Positions 38,987-51,159 of a stretch of DNA of 64,000 nucleotides are shown piece by piece. The translations under genes and the position numbers were made by a program. The stretch comes from Oopsacas minuta (Eukaryota; Animalia; Porifera), in assembly GCA_024704765.1 (NCBI GenBank), contig JAKMXF010000296.1, forward strand, positions 284,465-348,464, read 5' to 3'. The notes under the pieces are model-generated. The model saw only the letters and a list, made by a program, of their open reading frames with translations. It had not been told where the DNA came from and did no database searches. Positions within the stretch are counted from its first letter, which is position 1; the number at the start of each line of letters is the position of its first letter.

Positions 38987-40416
38987 TATTCTCTAAACTG
39001 ACTGACAAAGTTTGTATAATCGAAGATCAAGAAAATTTTAGCCACATTTTTATTCATAAACGAACTGGCACACACATATTTGATATGTGCCAGTTCTGCC
39101 ATATGTGACCCAAATATGAAAATAATAATATGTAAACAAGATTTGCTCTAAAGAATGAGAAAGTGTAATACAGGGGTAATACACACATTATTCTATCCTA
39201 TTTGAATTCACTGTAATTTAGATCTGATGATTTTATTAGCTCATTATCTATTTAATGAACAAAGTGTGACTAGAAATATCTAATAGAAAAAATGTTTATC
39301 GATTTAGTTAGGACCATGTTGACTAACATAGTCAAATAGCTATTTCAGGTACATTATCCTATGCATAATCAAATATTCGCCGTGTTTCATTGATTTACAA
39401 TTGTATATTTACTAGTGTGCGAATACATCAGTTCGGTAGCGTAGCATAAATAATATAAATTATCTAACCCTAACATATCTTTATAACTTATAATATTTTC
39501 TTCTTGTTGGGGAATAACCTTGTTCTTATTTGCTTGAGGGTGTTTCCCCAGACAAAACTTAATCTAAGTGGTAGTAAGGATGAACATGATATTCTGTGCC
39601 AATATCACTTTCATCGAGAATATCAGGTTCAATGTCTTTATCTAAACTGGACGTACTCTCTGCATCAGTAGTCATACCATCTCAAAGTGCCTTTCCAAAT
39701 TTAGCTAATTTTCTCACCTTACGATGGCAGCTTTCCATCCCTTGCTCAATTGTCCAGGATATCCTAAGATTGCTAATCGAGACTTCAAAATTATTTGTTA
39801 GTTTACATTTTTCCTTATCCTTATTAGGAATTTCGAATTAGTTTAGATTCCCCAGAAATTGTTTGAACAAAACATGGACCTCATAAGCACCTACCATTCC
39901 ATTTTCGAGCCAATTTTGAAAATATTAGGCAGAGGTCTGATTTTCCTACTTTTCCAAAGTATGAGTCAATTACTTCAGAATAGGGATATTAGGGTTTAAA
40001 ACGATCAATTTATTCAGGCTCCTGGATTAAGTATACATTTTTAGATTGTCTCTGATCACTATCATAATTGTCAACTAAATACTAGTGGATCATTTTGTTC
40101 TCAGTGTTGCCCAACGGAAATAGAGAAGTGAGTTGTTCTCTCCTTGTGTCAATATAAGATTACCCAATCAATTGCAAGCGTATTCCCCATTCATTGCTAC
40201 TGCATGACTAGTATTCAAAGTTTTCACTCTCCTATAAATTGAAGTTAACGAGTAGTTCCTTGATCTTTAAGATTGTCCTTTATAGAAGGCTATTTAAGGC
40301 CGAACTCTATAGTTTTGTAATTTTCTCCCTTAATGTGCATGTCAATGACTCATGTATTGAGGACTGTTGCGTAGGATTTTGACCCGCAATACAAAATCCT
40401 AATAGCATATCCATGG

Positions 40417-40900
40417 TGCGGGTCAAAATCCTACGATGTAATATATGCGTAGGATTTTGACCCGCATCAAAATGTATTACACTAATTACAGCCGTAGGAT
40501 TTTGACCCGCATATAATATATTATTGTCGTAGGATTTTGACCCGCATATAATGTATTATTGTCGTAGGATTCTGACCCGCATATAATGTATTATTGTCGT
40601 AGGATTCTGACCCGCATATAATGTATTACACTAATTACAGCCGTAGAATTTTGACCCGCATATTATATATTATTGTCGTAAGATTTTGACCCGCATATAA
40701 TATATTATTGTCGTAGGATTTTGACCCGCATATAATATATTATTGTCGTAGGATTTTGACCCGCATATAATATATTATTGTCGTAAGATTTTGACCCGCA
40801 TATAATATATTATTGTCGTAGGATTTTGACCCGCATATAATGTATTATTGTCGTAGGATTTTGACCCGCATATAATGTATTATTGTCGTACGATTTTGAC
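40417..40900. repeat. Subterminal array of the Ginger TIR core (35-bp unit, some 44-45 bp): 13 direct copies plus 1 inverted
   Basis: GTCGTAGGATTTTGACCCGCATATAATATATTATT repeats with cores at 40449 through 40888; inverted TGCGGGTCAAAATCCTACG at ~40417. Confidence 0.95.
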
Positions 40901-42087
40901 TCTAAAGTAATCTTACTTCTCTTTCATTTGACTTTTTCGAATTCCATACACTTTCATTACGTAATTACCACTAAATGTACGTAATTTAATTCAACTTTAG
41001 ACTAGCTATACTTGTACGTAGCTGAATAAATAAGTCAATTTAGAGTTGGATTCTAGAAAGTAGTGAATTTGTTTGATAACATGTAAACTATGTTCCCACT
41101 ACATATTACAAATTTACAATATGTATAATTATCCAAAATGCCAAAAATGGACAGTTACGTATATAAATATTTTATATTAATATTACTTGGACAGGAGGTG
41201 GTAGGTATTTGATAATTGTGTTTAGTAACTCATAATAAATAATATAATTTAACATGTCAACCTATATATTGCAATACACTCTATCAAATAACAAAAATTT
41301 TACAAGCATTAGCATGATAATGAATATTCGGAATATCTTTAGTAGGAATTGTAGGCGATTTCATCTTTGCCCATTTCTCTATACTTCCTAACAAGCTTTA
41401 AGGAATATACCACTGAAATATGTTCATCTATTGGACAAGCATAGACTATGCATTTGTTACGGGAGTCTTGGTATAATGTTGATACACATATAGAGTTGAG
41501 GTGAAAACCGCGAGCCTCTGGCACGCTGCATACTCCTGGAAAACACTAGATTTCTATAAACAAAACAAGTCAGCTGCGGTGGCCTCCTCCTTCCCCTTAC
41601 AGCCACCCCCTAACGTTAAACGTTTAACGTTAACCTCACCTTGTTTATGTGTGCAGTGTTGGAGCGAGTTTGATGTGATTACGATCACACCAAATTCGAT
41701 TCTAAGCTGCAACATAAACGAATACGTACAATAAATCGTAATTTAACAGACACGCGAGGAGCTAACGGACCCCGAAGGGCCACAGACAAGGAAACATTAA
41801 AAAATAAAAAATAGATAAGAAACTCGCTTGTATTTGATTCTATGCTGTATTTCGTCTCGGCGTAGACTCGTCAGTTGCGCTGCCTTTCTCGCAATATACT
41901 TAGATGGTAGAGTGATGATATTTGCCACTGGGGATGTGCTGTTGCAGGTCGCGTTTCCATTATCTGGGCTCACCATGATAGGGATTGCGTTGCCTGAATA
42001 ACCTCGGGCAGAGCACCCCACAAGGTTCGATGTACCTTGCCTTTGAGCGCTTTTGAATGATGGAAAAGAGTCGTGAATCGCTAAAAA

Positions 42088-45000
42088 TTAGTCAGAAGAG
42101 TGCAAGAGGTAGAATACAGTATTGAGTGATCCGATGAAAGTGTCACAGTCCCAAAGTTGGATAATTGGTTCTCTCATTCCGTCATATTTATAGAATTGCT
42201 CGTTTTGGTAAAGGATTGAATCGAAGTGTCCATTATTCAATATGCTAAAGCCAGCAAGTTGGTAGTGAAGTGTCCGTTGGTTGTGACTGATGGTAAAGTG
42301 TTTGTCAATATCACTTGCAAAAATGTCTGGCAATTCGGGTAGATGTCCGATTTCAATTGTTAGCATGACAGGTATTGACTTGAATTGACCAGATATCCTC
42401 TCTAAGACAGCAGTAGTTGATCCACAAGACTTGCATTTAATAGGAACGAGACTTCGATTAACAGATGATTCCAGGTTTGTAATAACGCCTCCTATATTAC
42501 TAATCATGGATTGTGTCTCAAAGATATTGGTGCATTGGTGGCATTGGAAGATAGTGAAATATTTGTCGTTACACAAATCTTCTGTTCGTAAATATTTGAT
42601 GATGTTACCCTCTGATCCAAAGAAATCATAAGACCGTATCAATCCTGAGGAATCATAAATAACTTCAAGCCCAATTTTAGTAGCAACATATTCTCGAAGT
42701 TTCTCAAATTCACAATTAGCAGCCAATTGGAATATGTAGTGGAATTCAGCTTCAATATGTGTACTTCCGATTAACTTCAGTGAGTCTATGATGGTTGCTT
42801 TATTCGAACTAAGAATAGCCAATATATTGTCGGTAGAACAGGTGTTAGATTGCACGATGTTGTTATACTCTCCTCCCCATTTAGGATATGGGATAAGATC
42901 TGATGCATTTTGTATAGATTGTTCTGGTATTTCAATGATCTCATGAACTTGCTCAGTTGGGAATATTAACTCAATTATTACTGGTAATAGAACAGCAATT
43001 GGATAGTCAAGATCTCTTCGTGTCTCTTCAGGTATTTCAGTAGGATAGGAGGAACGATATTCTGCGTACCAATTACCGGCTGATACAGCAAGTTTCTCCT
43101 TAATCTCAAAATTTAGTTCGTTGGGTGGATGGTTAGAATATAGTAAATTCAATGAAGTTAGAGATGCAGCTTTTGTAGCGAGTTTCTCATGTAGTTGGGT
43201 TAAGTATGTGTTATTGACAAGAGCTGATAGTATTCGAGGTTTCAATTGAAGTAGCTCAGAATCGATATTTTCATAGATTGAGTGTTGTTGCGGTGTTTCA
43301 AATGTTTCTTCCATGGTATCCAGGTTCAATATATCATCCAAAGAATCTAAATACAAATAAATATGTGAAATGTAGGATTGCTATTACGTATTAATCGAAT
43401 CAATGCAGAACAAACTAGTTTATATGTACTTAATCATGGGCTGAGTCAATTAGTTATAGTCAGTACAATATTGTCTCGCTAATGTATTTACCGCTAGAAG
43501 GGAATTTGCAAGATCTTTTGGGCTTCTTTGATTTGCCTGTCTTCGTTCGAACCTGACGTTTTTCGTTCATGCGAGAATGATATTTTCTTGATAGATGGAT
43601 AGGTAATTTTGTTGTTTTGCTATCTGGGTCTTTGCGAGCAACTAGGTGGCTTGGTTTAACTTCCTCTATCGTATATGGCCCCAAATATTTCTTTGCATCT
43701 TTTGTTCCTGGGAGTCGCTTGGCTTTCTTTATATTATGTACAAGTACCTCATCTCCTTCCACAAATTCTGATCTAAAGTTTACACAATGATTATACAAAG
43801 AAAATAATGTGCCAATTACGTACAGTTTGTAATGATGCTAATTATATAACTAAAAGTAAGTGTTTTGGAATTTAAGAATTCATATAATTGAGGAAACAAT
43901 AAATTAGTTCTGATTCAAGATTATTTCATATTTATCTGAATATACAACAGTCAGTGGATTTAATTTAATTTTAGTAAGAGATGATGTATGAAATTCCAAC
44001 ATGTTACATCACAACAAGAATGTGTTTCGTTATTGCTTACCTGTTGTGTTTAACTTTGCTGTCATGTTTTCTTTTGAACTTTCTGACCAGCCTTGATGTT
44101 TTCAATAGCAGTCATCCTGTCAGCTTTACGTGTGGAAGAAAGATTTTCTATCCATTCGTTATCAATTATAGGAAAGTCAAATGGGCGTGTTTCGTTTGCA
44201 TCCATTTGAATATTCTCATCTTCTGGTACTTCTGCCTCTGAGATATCAGCTTCGGTTAGTAATCCGGGGTTAGTTGGAGAAGTGATAAGATTGAGAAGGT
44301 TAGATGAATCAAAGTCTCTCCCAAACATGAGATGGAAGGGTGTGTAGCTTGTAGAGATTTTGGTTTGAGTATTTGCTGCTAGTACTGCTGTCTGTAATTT
44401 CTCTGTCCATTCAGTGTCCCCATCAGATTGCATCTTGTTGATTTTTCTATTTGTAAAAAGTGTTAAATTGATTCAAAGCTATCTGATTATAAACGACGTG
44501 TATTAAACGTATGTAAGGCTTAGAATAGATATATATTTATAATTAGCATCAATACTCACGTTTTCAATATTTTGTTGTGTGACTCAACAAGTCCGTTACT
44601 TTGTGGGTGGTATGCTGTAGTTCTTCTGGTGTTGATATTTATCTTCTTGTGAAATTCCTGAAATTCCTATTTTGAAAGTAAATAAGAGAATGATAACAAT
44701 CTACTACGCGCATGTATTTAGTCTTGTACAACAATAGTAAGAAAGATAAAACGATTAATAAGGTAAATTTTCCATCCGAAGTTAGTAGCATTAATTCGTA
44801 AATTCTTATTTATTAGTATTTAACATAAATTAAAATCCAATTTTCCACACGGTTTCTTAAATATGGTCATCAGGACGCATAATTTCCTACCAGGGTATAT
44901 ATTGAAGCAATGCGTTGACAATTGACAATGCAACTTGTACGTACGTATATCCAATATAGTAAGTTGCATTGTATATCGGGAATAATTTACTTGGTGTATT

Positions 45001-46392
45001 TACAATTACTAATCTTGAGTATGTAAAAATATGAGTTACCTTGCTTGAGAATTCTGTTCCCTGATCATGTTGGAGGATGTTAGGCACACCGAATGAGAGA
45101 TAAATTTCCTGTAAACAATCCAATATTTCTTTAGATGTTTTAGTCTTGAGTGGTCGGGCAATTACAAATTTACTCAGGTAGCACACGATGACAAGAATGT
45201 GCTGAAATCCAAGTACAGTGCGAGACATATTACATATGAGATCAATTCCACAATGACACCATGGTTCTTCAGGAGGAGGAATAGGTTGAAGCTCTCGTTG
45301 TGGCTGAGGAGGTAGAGCAGCAGAGGTTTGACAGTCATGGCAAGTTCGGATCTAGAACGGGAAATGATTTAATTGTCAGTTGCAGTCCAGTCTAATGTAA
45401 TTTGCCACGTCCCAGATGTCCCACTAAATTAGCATTCCGTCTCGCTTTTTCTTCACTCAGGGTGGCAAATATGTTTATGTGAAATACTCCCACTACCTAT
45501 CCCAATTACTAACTACCGCAAGGATCATTAGTTGTTAGATACATGATTGGTTGGTTGTACCGCACAAATAGATTTCCATATGATAAAATTGTATACCGTA
45601 TACTAAATATCATCAGATCGCACAAATAAAGGTGTATACAGTAGAATAATTACAAGGTGAATAACCTCAAACTATAAAATACATCCTGTTCTCAGACTTA
45701 CCAACCCCTTTTGCAAATTTCCCTGGATTATCGTTGCTAAATCCCTGGATTTCAAAATTTGTAATCCAGGTAACCCTGGAGGGTTGGTAAGTCTGTGTTC
45801 TCAGCCACATTTTCTTGGAAAATCATATATGAAAGAAATAAGTAATTTAGTAACTCACGTAGGATCCAACATCATTGTATATACCATTCCAATCATATTT
45901 GTTTTGGATGCCATCAATGGTAGTGTTGATTCCAGGATGAGTGACATTGTGATAGAATCCGATAATGTTGTCAATTTCTGAGACTAGTGGAATCTCCAAG
46001 TATTTCACACAGCCATTCTTCTTTCTGAAAATCTGCAAGAAAATTATTCTAGTTAAACGCAGAGGTTATAGGTAGCATTGAGGGGGCAGAGGAGCCCCCT
46101 AGCGTTTTCGCCCTTCTCATCTCCCTATTGTACGCAAATTTAATGAGGGAACTACATATCTGCCTCCTCGCAGATATGTAGTTACCTCAAGATTTCTAAT
46201 TATGTCTCGGAAATATGTATAAATCAAAAATATCATTGAGGAATATACCTTCATTAGCTTATTCTCTTGAAAGTAAATCCCCTTGCACTTTCTGACAAAA
46301 TTCTTCTTTCTGTGGCGATCACTCTTGATTTCTGGTGGGATAATATTCGTCTGGAGGTATCCACGAATTGCTTCATGCTCTGTCGCATCCAT
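42088..46392 (-). CDS. Ginger integrase-USP-like fusion, 7 exons (46392-46249, 46032-45859, 45351-45040, 44666-44560, 44446-44041, 43772-43492, 43346-42088), ~893 aa, one +1 frameshift near 44067-44070
   Basis: All six introns are GT..AG with consistent phases (0,0,0,2,2,1) after removing one A; H2C2 finger (YHNVTHPG..TCHDC), GIDL / HDQGTEF / GLVESHN = DD35E, GPY motif (KYLGPYTI), then NTC / CxxC..CxxC / GHF / YDG. Confidence 0.88.
45693..45795. mobile_element. MITE within Ginger intron 2
   Basis: Perfect TIRs CAGACTTACCAACCC / GGGTTGGTAAGTCTG; flanks TGTTCT / TGTTCT. Confidence 0.85.
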
Positions 46393-47602
46393 AATGAAAA
46401 ATGCCAAAAGTAAATATAAGTGTTTGATGTTGAAATCTAGAAACAAAGTAAAATGTTAGTGTGTGCATTTAGGAAGTCACACATGTATAAATACGAATAC
46501 TATGTGACTAGGGATGAAATGTTGATATTACTTGATTTGGAATTGCTACTTGCGGGTCAAAATCCTACGCAACAGGACTTAAATGGTGCAGATTTCGAAG
46601 GACTATCTACTGCTAGGGCTTTCTTAACCAAACATTGTCTATAATTGATGCAAAATTTTATTCGTTCCAATCTGATCTCTTTCTGATTAAAATTAACAGG
46701 ACATACATCGGATTGACATAAGCCTGAATATTAGAGCAATTTCAAAGATCCATGGGTTCACCTACTTTCTATTTACATTACAAACATATTATTATTAACA
46801 TTTCAGATAACAATGACGTTCATAAATATTTAGTGTAGGATATTTCCTCTGAAGTTACTTATTCTATCTAAATTCAACCACCAAAATGTGTGTATTTTCT
46901 AATATATGAATGTATACCAAAAATGTATTTATAATGAATAATGATTCTCTAAAATTTCATTTATTAGTAAATACCCTTACAAACGGATAATCGTATTGTT
47001 TTTGGTGAATTCGCATCTTAATTGGGAGTATTTAGAAATCAGATTCAGAATTTTGAGAATTAGAAAGGTTTGTGTGGAAGCTGTCAATTCGTTTTCGATT
47101 TAAGTCTTCGACCACTTATCACCCAAAAAATGGCCAGCTATGGGATCAAAATGAGCCCATCTTGGATTCTTCCTAGATATATGTCTTGAATTCTACTATA
47201 AGTTGATTAGAATAACATAGCAGCGCGAACCCGCAGTCACACGATGGGGTTATGACTATTTGGAGAATAGAATGTTGCCACATCACTGGCAATTTCAACG
47301 TTGTTGGGGAAACAATTTGCCCCTACAAATACTACTGACCACTCGAACTATGCGAAATCCATCGCTAATTGCGAATATTGGCATAATATTCGTTTTCTGA
47401 TTAAACTGGATGAAATATGTCCATTTTAATATCTTCAAAATGTGTGCGAAAATGTCACTTTCCAGTGGCTAAATATTGAATGGCAAATAATTGCACCCGA
47501 CCCTATCTTAAACAATATCTTATCGTCAACTAAAAATTGCAGAGAATTGATTGTTACCAGACATTGCAATGATGACGTTACGATTGAATAACATTGTTCA
47601 TT

Positions 47603-47669
47603 ACTCACTCACTCACTCACTCACTCACTCACTCACTCACTCACTCACTCACTCACTCACTCACTCACT
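47603..47669. repeat. (ACTC)n microsatellite, about 16 copies
   Basis: Direct reading of the sequence. Confidence 0.98.
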
Positions 47670-48663
47670 GCATAGACGGTGTCAATTCAGAATTTATTCC
47701 TCTTTTTCCCATTAAGAATCAAAATTTTCCGACTTAATTCTTATTCCCATTCTGAATGGAGAAGGAGCTTGAAACCCAAATCCTAATTCCATTCACGCAT
47801 TAAACCCATCACTTTATTTGATTTATTTTATTCATTTATTCGAAGCGCATTTATTAGAAATATGCCTCATTCGGTTGTATCAAAGTTCTATTCACTGGGA
47901 AGCCTGTACATTTGCCGACTATTACTAGAATGTCTCTGTCATAATGCATCGAGTTCCCAGTGAATCAGAGTTGTAGTTGTCCGGACCAGATCTCTGCCTA
48001 AGCAGGACAGGACTGAACCGATCCGTTATCACTAGCGGCATCAAATATAGATATTGATATGCTTAGAGTAATTTATATAAATCAAATTTATTCGTTATTG
48101 TTTATGTTTGTTTATTCCATATAAGTACAGAGCATCTAGTTTTATTCACACAATTTCACGAATATAGTTTACCGAGTAAATTAGGGCTTCATCTAGAGCT
48201 AGGTAACCCCGCACTCTAAGTGTCCATATAGTATTTTTCGCGCTTCCGAATTATTAAGAAAATGTGGATCGTACTTGAGAAAGGTCAGTTTTCGCTTTAC
48301 CTCATAAAAATTCACAAGAGTCAAGCAGCCCTGGATGGGTGGGTCGCACCCAGAAATGGCCTGGTGCAAACCTTCGGTCCTGCTCGGTCAATATACAAGA
48401 TTCAAGGATTCAATTATCGACAACTAAATTACTTTTCTTTCAATATAATACATGTTCAACATTGCATTATTCCCCGACGAAATCTCGATATTTACTAGGA
48501 TAGTAGCCCCTCATCTAATAATCAAAGCTAATACTCGTCTAGACCTATTTCTCCCTTCGTTTGAAGTCTGAATAGTTATAAAATTACTCTGGCAATCTTT
48601 TGGGATAACTACCTCTAGAAAAACTACTTGCAGCGCCAATACATCTGGTAAGCGGTAAATATA

Positions 48664-49999
48664 CAGGGTGAACAAAAGTATTGTCGTCATTTTAATATAC
48701 ATAAATTCAAATTCCACATTCGTATGCAACCCTCGCTATTGATTTCTCTCAGTAAATATGTTTTTATACTACTTAGTTAAACTCGAGTGAAGTCAAATCT
48801 TAAATAAATATATTTTGGAATTATTTTCGTCATTTTGGAAATTTCTACCTAATTTTTGTGATATGAATGTCCAGGATTACGGATGATCTTAAAGATCTCA
48901 GGCATTGGGGATGCTTAAAGCAGGAGAAACGCCTAAAAAGGTTGCTCAAGTGTTGAATGTCAATATTCGATCAGTTCAGAGATGGGGGCGTAGCGATAGA
49001 TTGGGATTTTCAATGAAATCAAAGCCTAGGTCTGGACGTCCGCCGAAAATTGATAGAGTTGCGAAAATTGTCATAGCAAAGTCTTGGGGAGAGAAGGCAA
49101 TCTACACGAAAGCTAGCTCTGAGATTAATGAGAAGGGTTGTGATGTCCTCACACCTCTGTACATCGATATTTGAGAAAGTCTCTAGGTACTACGCCATTT
49201 AAAGGCCGAAAAGGCCTCGATTGACCTTGAAAATGGAGAAAAGCCGGATCGAATTTGCGCAGAAACACAAGGGTTGGATTGTAGAAGATTGGAATAGAGT
49301 TCTGTGGTCGGATGAATCTCCATTCGAGTTGTTTCCAACCCCAAACAGACAGAATGACCGAGTTTGGAGCAAGGATTCTGGTTCAATCGAACCCTGCAGA
49401 AAGATGAAATTTCCGGCGAAAGTTCACGTTTGGGGCATGATGTCTCACCAAGCCCTATCTGAGCTGCATGTTATACCTCAGGGGCAAACTATTAATGGAG
49501 AGTACTATCGTACGAAGATTTTGGCTGGATCTTGCAAAGATGCGATCAATAGAAGAGCAAAAATGGATCGGTTTTACCGCGGGCCATGACTTCAAAGATG
49601 TCCGAGATAATTTTTATGCAAGACGGGGCTTCCGCTCATACGGCCAAACTAACGCAAGAATGGTGCAAACAGAATCTTCCAGCGTTTTGGCAGAAAGCGG
49701 AGTGGCCTGGGAACTCACTTGACCTCAATCCCATTGAAACTTATGGTCAATACTGAAAGACAAAGTGGAAGAGTTTGAGCAAGCAAGCACCATGAGTAAC
49801 CTCGTAAAAAATTTGGAAAAGGCATGGAGTGGTATTTCAGGAGATGATTTGCAACATATGGTCTCCAGTATGCTCAGGCGGGTAGCACTCGTATTAGAAA
49901 GACAAGGAGACTATATTGGGAAATAATAATGTATTAATTGTTGTATTTTGCCTACGTTTGATTCATGATATAAAACGACAATACTTTTGTTACACCCTG
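48664..49999 (+). mobile_element. Tc1-related DD37E (TRT-like) transposon, full length, frameshifted
   Basis: TA|CAGGGTG(T)AACAAAAGTATTGTCGT TIRs; GRPPK, VLWSDESPF, KVHVWG, MQDGASAH...DLNPIE with 37 residues between D and E. Confidence 0.9.
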
Positions 50000-51159
50000 T
50001 AACTATTCAAGTATATACAGCTTTCCTATTTACACTGCACGTAGGTACACATATTTTCTTGCGGAAAATGATATTTCCTTCCTTTAGGGTCATATTGTAA
50101 ATATTTGAAATCAATCAGAACTTTCCATCATTCTTTAAATTTGCCTTTTCACATTGATAGTAATACATTTGTCTTGTAGTAATTCGAAAATTCAAGTAAT
50201 TTGCCTATGAATTTTCCATTTTTCAAATGGTTATCTTATTTGCTTGCCTATAGTGGTTATTTCTCCTTGTTGTTCAAAATATTTAACGGTACTTTCGGGT
50301 TTCTCCATCACGAACTTTTCTCCAAATATTTTTCTTATATTGTACTCAATGTATAGATTAAGAATTGTATTCGGATCAGAAATCTTTGGATAATTTCTTA
50401 CTAATTTTCGTTTGAACTTCTTATCCGAGCTTTACAAGACGATAATTTAATGCTTTCTCGTGGAGGTACAGAGATCCGAATTGGTTTTCTATCAAGAAAA
50501 TCTTGGACTTAACAGATTCACCATTATTCGCTGATTCTCTTGGAGAGATTTCTGTAATTCGAGCATACATTACGGATAGCCCCTCCAGGTCTATATCACC
50601 TCAGTTACTCTTAGTATGTCCTTTTTAGATCCCCATGCCTACGTTTTTAGGTATTCGCCGAGGTTACCGTATCCCAAGATTGACTAACCTTTATATATAT
50701 CATAGGCATAATACTTATACTTTGCTAAGAGTTTATTAGTAAAGAAGTGCTAGTAGATTTCATTTCGATTTATCCAAAATTGTTTGTGATTTTTTGAAAT
50801 TGCTCTTCATTTTTCAAATTATCGATTTTGTATCCTTCTTTGAATTCTTTTTAGAATTCTATTCTACTAGCTATTCTCTTCTGACGATGTAGAACAACTT
50901 TACCTTCGATTGTACGAGCCTATCAAATATATTCCCTGTGTTACACACATACAATGTGTACGTACTTTACCTATTTAGGAAAGCCCTCCAAAAATTCATG
51001 GATTTGGAACTACCATCTCTGTAACGATTCTATCACCGATTTGCTAATATGTGTATATATTCTGCTAAATATATATTAATTCCCTTCTATATAAGGGCTA
51101 CCATGCACCAGGATGTAGTAGTATATGGTAAATAGTATATTAGTGTACAGAATTATTTA

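Larger units (their letters stand above)
40365..46574 (-). mobile_element. Ginger1-type (Gypsy-integrase-like) cut-and-paste DNA transposon, 6210 bp
   Basis: Perfect 25-bp TIRs TGTTGCGTAGGATTTTGACCCGCAA; perfect 4-bp TSD GGAC (40361-40364, 46575-46578); spliced integrase gene; no gag, RT, RNase H or LTRs. Confidence 0.93.

Noticed and set aside
42088-46392. Gypsy LTR retrotransposon integrase
   Set aside because: No gag, protease, RT, RNase H or LTRs; the gene has introns, TIRs and a 4-bp TSD
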